This document shows positions 7,705 through 14,615 of a DNA stretch of 20,000 bases, piece after piece. Source of the DNA: an uncultured virus (IMG/VR IMGVR_UViG_3300027917_000001) (lineage: Duplodnaviria; Heunggongvirae; Uroviricota; Caudoviricetes); the IMG/VR virus record IMGVR_UViG_3300027917_000001, one strand, 5' to 3'. The translations under genes were made by a program, and so were the position numbers. Each line of letters opens with the position of its first letter. The first letter of the stretch is position 1. Below the pieces are notes generated by a model that did no database searches, was not told where the DNA came from, and worked only from the letters and a program-made list of their open reading frames with translations.

Positions 7705-10098
7705 ATGGCGATCCAAGATGATTTTGTAATCAACTACCCCAACAAGGTGTTCTACTACAACGGTGGGTTCACCAATGGAATCCCGGATTCCACATACACC
7801 GCGAACCAGTTGTACTCGTGGCTCATGAACGTGTACGACGAACCCGTTCAGATGGACAACCTTGAGCCAATGGAGGGGAAGACGGACGTGAACTACGAGA
7901 TCATCAATCGCTGGTTCACCGATCCGACTAGCATGAAGTCACTCACAGGCGGCGCCATGAAGACCAACGGCTGGACGTTCAATGCGACGGCTGACCGCGA
8001 TGGTCACTATGGAATCACCGAACTGGACTACAGCGACGACGGTTCACCAACAGAAGGGAACGACGGCTATACTGATCTTGGTACAGTACTGACCGGTGGT
8101 GGGTCCGGTGCGACTGGTATTCTCCTGTGGGCCGACACGACGAACAGCAAACTGTACGTCCGTAACACCAATGGCACTCAGTTCCAAAACGCGGAGGCTG
8201 TGACCGGCACCGGCTGGAACATCGACACGAATGCGACAAGCGGCTTCGAGTCCGGTGAGCACCTGTGGGCGAACGTATACACGATCGGCTCGATCGAGCC
8301 CGATACGGACATCTACATCTATCAGGGCAAGCCCGGCGACACATACGATCCGACACCGAACAAGCTGACGAGTTGGTGGGCTGACGGCCATATCGACGTG
8401 CTCGTGAAGGTCATGGAGCATAACAACTACTTCGACAGTGGTTATGCTACAGTCTATGCTCGACAGTTCAGCGCGACATATAGCCATTTCGAGGCCAACC
8501 TATCTGGTGGTGGTCGTAACCCTGCACCACTTTCGGCTGGCGAGGACCTCAACTCGCAGACCGGTTACCGCACGATCAGTACCGGTGCATGGAGTGGCCC
8601 ATTCACGGACGGTGAGATCATCACTGGCGGAACGTCCGGTGCCAAGGGTATCTACATGGGTGGAACTGTCGATACATCCATCCAGTACGGTCTCGTCGGC
8701 AAAGACCTGACAGACTTCCAGAGCGGCGAAGTGATCACGGGAGAAGACTCGACAGAGACCGCAACGTCTTCGAGTGGTCCATCCAACTATGGACCAGCTC
8801 TCCTGTCCGACGTGACGATCTCATTCGGGGCCACGACCGAAGACATCAACAACGGTAATGGTTCACGGAAATATTCCGTCCGCATCGATCCGTCCGACAA
8901 CCCAATCGAAGAAGTCTATGAGCGCTTGCAATATGTGACCCGGCGCGGTTCGACCGACCAGTTTGGTACCGGCGCGTCGTACGACGAGAACGGTGAAGCG
9001 TACTACGGCAATCAGGTTCGACTCTATGTCACCGAGACCGTCGCGTGGACAGAGGGTGACTTGTTGACCGGTGGTTCGTCCGGTGCGACTGGCGTGATCG
9101 TGGCCTACCACGACGACGGTGGCACGGGCCAGCTGATCCTCTGTCAGGTACGCGGGACGTTCTCGACCGAGACTGTGACCGACGAAGGCTCTGGTACCGG
9201 TACTGTCACTACGGTGGAAAGTATCGCACCGGTACCTGCTGCTCCATTCGGTACATTCGCTGGCGGTAAGTTCTTCGGAGCCCCCGGCGTTTGCCTAACC
9301 ACGGCGAACCTAGCAGCTGGTGACGAACAGGCTTACCAGCTCGTTGACGACCTTGGCGTGACACAACAGCCGCCTAACACCGTGTCCGTGTCCGTCACGG
9401 GTACGAAGACTGGCGATCGTGTTGCCGTGTTCCGTCTACAAGGTGATGGCCTGCCGATCGACAAGGCTGAGTACGGCGCTACCGTGCAATCGCCCGGAGC
9501 AACAACTATTGTGGCCGATTCTTCGATCACTGGCGATACACCGACCGCTGGTTATGTGCGTGTCATCGATGACGACAACTCAAACAAGCGCGAGGCGCGA
9601 CTCCGCTACACGAGCTATACGAGCGCGACGTTTACACTGGCTACCTCGGTGACTGGATCGGCAACTTCTGGATCTTCAGGTGATACTCTGATAGATACCG
9701 GTGCGGACTTTGGTGGTGCGGATGACGTGCGTGTGGGCGATGTGATCCGCGACACGACTGGTGGCGGCTGGGGGTACGTTGTATCAATCGACTCCACGCA
9801 GCAACTTACGACTCAGGCTGCTGATGGCGAGACGCTTTCTTGGGCGCCCAGTGATGGCTATGACACCAACGTTCTGCCATTCACTACTACGACTTCGGAC
9901 GACATCTATGTGCCGTTCATTGATGCTGTACGTATCGCTGACGGAGACGAGACGAACCAGCTGGTGTGGAGTGCGACGATCTACATCTCGGTGCGCTTGA
10001 GACAGAAGGGTATCAAACCGTTCATTCAGGACACGACCATACCGAGTGGCGGGCGAAGCGTAGCCGCCATTCGTACAACCGACGAGGTGGTTACCTAA
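7705..10098 (+). CDS. Large multidomain virion/appendage protein with three 'TGGxSGAxG' repeats
   Basis: 797 aa; SD AGGAG upstream. Repeats 'LGTVLTGGGSGATGIL', 'DGEIITGGTSGAKGIY', 'EGDLLTGGSSGATGVI' resemble the GETITGxTSGATG repeats of phage baseplate/structural proteins. Confidence 0.75.
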   Translation: MAIQDDFVINYPNKVFYYNGGFTNGIPDSTYTANQLYSWLMNVYDEPVQMDNLEPMEGKTDVNYEIINRWFTDPTSMKSLTGGAMKTNGWTFNATADRDGHYGITELDYSDDGSPTEGNDGYTDLGTVLTGGGSGATGILLWADTTNSKLYVRNTNGTQFQNAEAVTGTGWNIDTNATSGFESGEHLWANVYTIGSIEPDTDIYIYQGKPGDTYDPTPNKLTSWWADGHIDVLVKVMEHNNYFDSGYATVYARQFSATYSHFEANLSGGGRNPAPLSAGEDLNSQTGYRTISTGAWSGPFTDGEIITGGTSGAKGIYMGGTVDTSIQYGLVGKDLTDFQSGEVITGEDSTETATSSSGPSNYGPALLSDVTISFGATTEDINNGNGSRKYSVRIDPSDNPIEEVYERLQYVTRRGSTDQFGTGASYDENGEAYYGNQVRLYVTETVAWTEGDLLTGGSSGATGVIVAYHDDGGTGQLILCQVRGTFSTETVTDEGSGTGTVTTVESIAPVPAAPFGTFAGGKFFGAPGVCLTTANLAAGDEQAYQLVDDLGVTQQPPNTVSVSVTGTKTGDRVAVFRLQGDGLPIDKAEYGATVQSPGATTIVADSSITGDTPTAGYVRVIDDDNSNKREARLRYTSYTSATFTLATSVTGSATSGSSGDTLIDTGADFGGADDVRVGDVIRDTTGGGWGYVVSIDSTQQLTTQAADGETLSWAPSDGYDTNVLPFTTTTSDDIYVPFIDAVRIADGDETNQLVWSATIYISVRLRQKGIKPFIQDTTIPSGGRSVAAIRTTDEVVT
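8090..9092 (+). repeat. 28-nt near-identical direct repeat (8090-8117 and 9065-9092)
   Basis: tgaccggtggt-GG-gtccggtgcgactgg versus tgaccggtggt-TC-gtccggtgcgactgg, 26/28 identical; encodes the cores of protein repeats 1 and 3. Confidence 0.85.
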
Positions 10099-10472
10099 TG
10101 GCCAACTCTTGGCGCGATGGGGGCATCCATATCGTGGTGCTCCCCATCCATCCAAACGACAGCAAGGAGTTCCACCTGTATGACAAGGCCGCACTCCTCG
10201 AACAGATCACGCAGACCCAGATTAATATCGAGATCTTTGAAGGGGAGATCGGTAAGCTACGGGATCGTATTGTGATGCTGCAAGGTCAGGTAGAGGAGTG
10301 TGACGAACGTGATCGTGCGATTGCTGCCTACGAGAAGGAGGTCAAGCAGGCAAGGAAGAAACACGGTGACGCTGTGGTGGACGAGGCTTTGAAGCAGCAG
10401 AAAGAGGCGCTGAGGAATGGCAACGCTAGAGTTTCATCCGGGCGATCTATCGGCTCCGTTCGTACTGGTTAA
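10098..10472 (+). CDS. Coiled-coil hypothetical protein (124 aa, possible assembly chaperone)
   Basis: Start reassigned from 9966 to the ATG in the TAATG overlap at 10098. Heptad-like 'LLEQITQTQINIEIFEGEIGKLRDRIVMLQGQVEEC'. Confidence 0.7.
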   Translation: MANSWRDGGIHIVVLPIHPNDSKEFHLYDKAALLEQITQTQINIEIFEGEIGKLRDRIVMLQGQVEECDERDRAIAAYEKEVKQARKKHGDAVVDEALKQQKEALRNGNARVSSGRSIGSVRTG

Positions 10473-11055
10473 GTCGCCCGCCACGGAGGTCACGATACAG
10501 GAGATCTATGACGGTGCACAGGACTGGCTTGACGAACCCGTGAACATGTCCATAGATCACTTCGTGGAAGCTGCCGGTAAGGATCTTTTGGACGCCGGTC
10601 CACCGGAGAAGCGAGTGGGTGTTACGTTGCGTCTCCTGCACGATTGGCGAATCAAGTTCGAGGACCGAGCCGGCCCGACAGTGGAGATATGCAGGATCTC
10701 TGGTGGCAACCTCGTGACGACCAACAGTTTCGGGAACAACCCGATCTATGCGTCCGACTATGTGTTCGCAACCTATGAAGCGGCCACGTCTCCAACGATC
10801 GTCGGGGTGGGAACACCGACCGAGATCGCGGACGCAGTATTGGGTGAGACAATGACAGAGCTGACTGGTGACCCGGGAGCCACGCCTACGTTCAGGCAGA
10901 TCTTCACTTTGATCTTCATGACGCTGCGGAACAAGAGTACGCAGGATGGTAGTTGGCTCAAGATCTTCAACAATGCCGGGACGGCGATTATCAAGTCTGC
11001 TGTCAGTGACATTGCCGGCGTCTTCACAAGGGACAAGATGCAGGATGGTCCATAA
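10417..11055 (+). CDS. Putative virion structural protein, N-terminus related to that of 7705-10098
   Basis: 212 aa; AGAGG about 9 nt upstream. 'VTIQEIYDGAQDWLDEPVNMSID' resembles 'YTANQLYSWLMNVYDEPVQMDN'. Confidence 0.7.
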   Translation: MATLEFHPGDLSAPFVLVKSPATEVTIQEIYDGAQDWLDEPVNMSIDHFVEAAGKDLLDAGPPEKRVGVTLRLLHDWRIKFEDRAGPTVEICRISGGNLVTTNSFGNNPIYASDYVFATYEAATSPTIVGVGTPTEIADAVLGETMTELTGDPGATPTFRQIFTLIFMTLRNKSTQDGSWLKIFNNAGTAIIKSAVSDIAGVFTRDKMQDGP

Positions 11056-11424
11056 GTGGCGATCGACACCGCAAACAAACGTGCTTCGACGTACCAGCAC
11101 ATACTGGTGCAGCCGTTACCGTTTCCAGATGGTTCGGTCGATACAGGGGACAAGCAACATGTCATGGGTCTGTATCGCACGACCCTGACAGTACTGGTTG
11201 GAAAGTCACTCCAAATGTTGTGGGACCTTGGTGGTCTTGCCAACAGAAGCTTGAACATGCTTTGGGACATGGGTGGTGTTACCGGCCGCAGTCTGACGGT
11301 CGTTTATGATATGGGTGGCGTTGCGGGCAGAAGTCTGCAAATGGTATGGGACATTGGGGTTGGGGCAGCTAAGAAGTTCAAGAGGTTGTACTTCTGGTGG
11401 CTGGGGCCTCATCAGGGTACCTAA
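11056..11424 (+). CDS. Small protein with four tandem 14-aa repeats (putative fibre-like structural protein)
   Basis: GTG start abutting the previous TAA; repeats G(K/R)SLxMxWDxGGxx. Confidence 0.75.
   Translation: MAIDTANKRASTYQHILVQPLPFPDGSVDTGDKQHVMGLYRTTLTVLVGKSLQMLWDLGGLANRSLNMLWDMGGVTGRSLTVVYDMGGVAGRSLQMVWDIGVGAAKKFKRLYFWWLGPHQGT
11200..11367 (+). repeat. Diverged 42-bp tandem repeat x4
   Basis: GKSLQMLWDLGGLA / NRSLNMLWDMGGVT / GRSLTVVYDMGGVA / GRSLQMVWDIGVGA. Confidence 0.9.
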
Positions 11425-11425
11425 T

Positions 11426-11743
11426 ATGATAACATTTCCTGATCACGTCGCAATGCTTGTCGGGGTGCTGGCGATCGTCGCGTTCCTGTTCAAGGGCATA
11501 GCTGTGATTATCCAAATTGGTCGCTCGTGGGAAGCGATCCAGCAACAGGTAAGCAACCACATACCGACAGCATTAAACGACATCAAGCTGCGTCTCGATT
11601 CTCTCGACTGCAAGTTGAGAAAGCACGAACGACGCGAAGAGAGATACCTGAAGATCATAGCGCACTACATGCGCGATGACGATTCGCTCATTAACGAGTT
11701 GATCGAGGACGACAATGGCCGAGGGTCCAACAAGAGTTCCTAG
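11426..11743 (+). CDS. Single-pass membrane protein with coiled coil (holin-like)
   Basis: Start reassigned to ATG 11426 (TAATATG). Hydrophobic helix 'VAMLVGVLAIVAFLFKGIAVIIQIG' followed by a charged coiled coil; 105 aa. Confidence 0.6.
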   Translation: MITFPDHVAMLVGVLAIVAFLFKGIAVIIQIGRSWEAIQQQVSNHIPTALNDIKLRLDSLDCKLRKHERREERYLKIIAHYMRDDDSLINELIEDDNGRGSNKSS

Positions 11744-13757
11744 TGTACCGGCAGTTGTAGGTGTACCCAACGAGTTGCTCGACTGGCTGCATCTATTACG
11801 CGTACGCATGGACGAGACCGTTGGCGCTGGTGGAGAACCCGGAGAGGGACTCGATACCGAGTTCACCGACCTGACGGATCTCGATTACTTGCGGTACAGC
11901 GAGAGCGCCCTTGCGTGGGTGAACGTCACGATTGATGATATTGCCACGCATCACGGTGTCGCCAACAATACGATCCCGAAATTTAGCACAGGCAACGGGT
12001 TCGTTGATTCTCTGATAACTGATAACGGTGTAACGGTCAGTGTGAACGCTGGGCTGTATGTCGAAGGCACGCTCAATCTGAATACCGCTGATATGTACAT
12101 TGACACAGGCTACTCTATTCGTGATGAGAGCAACCTGTACCATGCGTTCATGCCTAGGGCAGCAGCAGACCAACTCCTCGTTCGTAGTCCCGGGAATGTC
12201 GTGATCCAGATCGACGCCGACAATAACGCGACAACCAACTTCTTCGAGATTCGCCACGACGCCAGTACATACAGTGGCGGGACGTCACTCTTCAAGATCT
12301 CTGAAGATGAAACTGTGGTTATAGGTACCCTGCACATTAATCCAGCGGACACACCAGCACTAGCAGATGGTGGTGTCAAAGAATCACTGCTCAGGTGGCG
12401 TGGTTACTACGACTCAGATCCCACTGGTAGTATCATTACCAGCACGAGGGATATCACGGCTAGAATTGAGATGGACTATGCCGCTGCCGCTGGCGAGTAC
12501 AGGCTTGCGTTCATCAACGATTCAAGTGAGGAGTTCTTCACCCTTGAGGGTGACACGAAGCGTGTAGGTATTAACACGTCAACGCCAGATGTCGAACTGG
12601 ACATCCTTGGAGACATGCAACTGGTTGATACCGGAGCCAGTAGCTCAACCTCAGGTCCAATTATATCACTATACGAAGACGATGGTGCCGCCATCGGTAT
12701 CGACCACAGGATGGGTGCACTATGTTTCGGTGCAGCGTACGATGCCAGTGGCAACCGCTCATGTGGTGCTATGGTAGCTGCTGCCGCCGATGAGGCTTGG
12801 AGCAGCACAGTTAGAGCAACAAGACTTGAGTTCTGGGTTACAGAAGAGGAACCGACGTACACAACCCCATATCTTGCGTGGTATATTGACGAAAGCGGTA
12901 ATTTGCTCTCCGCTACAGACGAGACTCCCGCTGGTTGGACTTCTGGCAGGATCACCATGAAAAACAATCGTGCTATATTCGCACGTAATTTTAATGACAC
13001 TGGCAGTTACCCGTTGATTTACTTGTCATCTAGTAATCATATAATATTAGGTGCACCACCAACTAGCTGTGACATTCAGTTGATACTCAATAACACAACG
13101 CCCGGGAAAGTATATATACCATATGGCAACTTTCAGGTACTTGCTAGTGGAACATACTCACTAACCGGACCATATACCGTTCGTATCGCTGACAAGTCAA
13201 CCAACAATGGTCTGGTCGTTGAGAAAGACACTGGGTACATAGAGATTGTCGCCGCCATCAACGCTGATACAACTGGCGAATGGTGCGGGATTGGTGGTAT
13301 GGTACACAGCACGGGTGCTGGCATGCCATACTTCTACCTATGGGCTCCCGGTGGCAACTATGGTACGCCAGCGGCCACGCAGGCAAGCAAAGTACTTGGT
13401 GAGATTCAGGCTGGTGGATGGGCTGCGACTGTCGGATATGCTGCGATCGGTGCAAAGATTCAGTTCATTAATCCCATAGCCAGTGTCTGGGCAAACGGAG
13501 ACACTCCGGGTGCCATCGTATTCTATGCCACAGAAGATGGCAGCGGTACTCCTACTGAAGTACTGCGGTTGGGTGACGGTGCTAAGATTGGCATGTATGG
13601 AGTCACACCAGTCTCCCGCGCCTCTGCATTAACATCAGCCGACGCTAGTACAGTAGACACGACCTATGGCAGTGAAGAGGCTGCTGTCATAGCTAACAAC
13701 CGTACCCGTATTGGCGAGATCGAGACAGCACTCCAAAACATCGGAATCATCAACTAG
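11715..13757 (+). CDS. Tail fibre / receptor-binding protein
   Basis: 680 aa; SD GAGGA. Fibre motifs 'KRVGINTSTPDVELDILG', 'TRLEFWVT', 'PGAIVFYATEDGSGTPTEVLRL'; C-terminal 'KIGMYGVTPV...RIGEIETALQNIGII'; low-GC distal half. Confidence 0.78.
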   Translation: MAEGPTRVPSVPAVVGVPNELLDWLHLLRVRMDETVGAGGEPGEGLDTEFTDLTDLDYLRYSESALAWVNVTIDDIATHHGVANNTIPKFSTGNGFVDSLITDNGVTVSVNAGLYVEGTLNLNTADMYIDTGYSIRDESNLYHAFMPRAAADQLLVRSPGNVVIQIDADNNATTNFFEIRHDASTYSGGTSLFKISEDETVVIGTLHINPADTPALADGGVKESLLRWRGYYDSDPTGSIITSTRDITARIEMDYAAAAGEYRLAFINDSSEEFFTLEGDTKRVGINTSTPDVELDILGDMQLVDTGASSSTSGPIISLYEDDGAAIGIDHRMGALCFGAAYDASGNRSCGAMVAAAADEAWSSTVRATRLEFWVTEEEPTYTTPYLAWYIDESGNLLSATDETPAGWTSGRITMKNNRAIFARNFNDTGSYPLIYLSSSNHIILGAPPTSCDIQLILNNTTPGKVYIPYGNFQVLASGTYSLTGPYTVRIADKSTNNGLVVEKDTGYIEIVAAINADTTGEWCGIGGMVHSTGAGMPYFYLWAPGGNYGTPAATQASKVLGEIQAGGWAATVGYAAIGAKIQFINPIASVWANGDTPGAIVFYATEDGSGTPTEVLRLGDGAKIGMYGVTPVSRASALTSADASTVDTTYGSEEAAVIANNRTRIGEIETALQNIGIIN

Positions 13758-13760
13758 GGC

Positions 13761-13789
13761 TTGACAAAGCATACAACCTTTGCTATATT
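13761..13789 (+). promoter_or_regulatory. sigma70-type promoter P1 with extended -10
   Basis: TTGACA (13761-13766), 17-nt spacer ending TGC, TATATT (13784-13789); fills the intergenic gap. Confidence 0.85.
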
Positions 13790-13800
13790 AGGGACCAGAC

Positions 13801-14019
13801 ATGGCTACGAGAAGAATTGCACGGTTCATGACGCACTACGACGAGAACGACGAGCTAGCGTCGATCGAACCTGTCGGCCTGATTACGACTACTGAAGGAT
13901 ACATAGTCAGGGAGACATACTTCCAGATGAAGGATGATCTGCCCCCGGGCCTGATTGTAGCGCTCGATCAGATCCTTCAGCAAATCGAGAGCCACATTGA
14001 CGACGAGTTCCCACTGTAG
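13801..14019 (+). CDS. Small acidic hypothetical protein (72 aa)
   Basis: ATG 11 nt after the -10 box; fits between the fibre gene and the next gene, whose SD overlaps its stop. Confidence 0.7.
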   Translation: MATRRIARFMTHYDENDELASIEPVGLITTTEGYIVRETYFQMKDDLPPGLIVALDQILQQIESHIDDEFPL

Positions 14020-14027
14020 GAGGATTT

Positions 14028-14441
14028 GTGAAGAAGCTTACGATTGACGGCAATGACCTGTGGCGTCTGAATACGGCGCACAACATCTTGACCGGACAGT
14101 TGCAGGGCATAGAGCCGATCAGGCTTGGCGGGAAGGTTGCATTGTGGGCCGTCCGTAACAAGAGTATCGTCAAGCTGTACTTCAGTGACCTCGAAGCGGC
14201 ACGGAACGCGTTGATCGAGCAGCACTTCCTACCTGACGAGAACGGAAAAAAGCAGTACGACGACGACGGTCGCTTGATCGTTAGGGATCAGGAAGTGTTC
14301 GACCGTGAGATCGAGGAGATGTTTGCACAGACCTATACATTTGAGCTGCATCCTGCGACCGAGGAAATGATCGACTCGATAGAGCCACACGCACTGCTGG
14401 CCATAGCACTGGACATACTGATCGACATTGGTACCCTATAG
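14028..14441 (+). CDS. DUF1617-like phage protein (commonly follows tail fibre genes)
   Basis: GTG start with AGGAGG SD. 'RNKSIVKLYFSDLEAARNALIEQHFLPDENGKKQY...EVFDREIEEMF' matches the recalled DUF1617 pattern (R-x-x-L-I-E-x-Y/H...D-E-N-G...F-x-x-E-x-x-E-L). Confidence 0.62.
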   Translation: MKKLTIDGNDLWRLNTAHNILTGQLQGIEPIRLGGKVALWAVRNKSIVKLYFSDLEAARNALIEQHFLPDENGKKQYDDDGRLIVRDQEVFDREIEEMFAQTYTFELHPATEEMIDSIEPHALLAIALDILIDIGTL

Positions 14442-14444
14442 CCC

Positions 14445-14473
14445 TTGACAAATTGCTCAAGTTGTGTTATATT
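14445..14473 (+). promoter_or_regulatory. sigma70-type promoter P2 with extended -10, upstream of scaffold-capsid genes
   Basis: TTGACA (14445-14450), 17-nt spacer ending TGT, TATATT (14468-14473). Confidence 0.88.
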
Positions 14474-14476
14474 GTA

Positions 14477-14615
14477 GGCTAGTCTGTAAGATGGCTTGCT
14501 GCCAGTCTGGCAGACCACACAACTAGAGCCCGTCCGAAGAGGACCATCAGAGGCGCTCCGCACGAAGCGGGGCGCCTTGCTTTGTTTCAGGCAACCACAG
14601 GAAAGGACCTGCAAA
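14477..14615 (+). promoter_or_regulatory. Structured 5' leader of the scaffold gene (five successive hairpins)
   Basis: Inverted repeats at 14477-14530, 14532-14544, 14551-14577 (11-bp stem followed by TGCTTTGTTT), 14577-14594 and 14598-14611 (SD AAAGGA in the loop). Confidence 0.6.

Noticed and set aside
11200..11367. Regularly spaced TGGGAC/ATGGGTGG motifs as a possible CRISPR or mini-array
   Set aside because: Period is exactly 42 nt, in frame, with synonymous divergence and no unique spacers: a protein repeat.
9966..11425. ORF-track starts at 9966 and 11306
   Set aside because: Both overlap upstream genes by over 100 nt; ATGs at 10098 and 11426 coincide with upstream stops.
2258..13757. 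Diversity-generating retroelement acting on the fibre/lectin genes
   Set aside because: No reverse transcriptase and no template/variable repeat pair with adenine-specific mismatches seen; the paralog differences are ordinary divergence. A remote template outside the window cannot be excluded.
14496..14615. 40-aa N-terminal extension of the scaffold from TTG 14496
   Set aside because: No SD at the TTG, the region is hairpin-rich leader, and ATG 14616 has an SD at good spacing.
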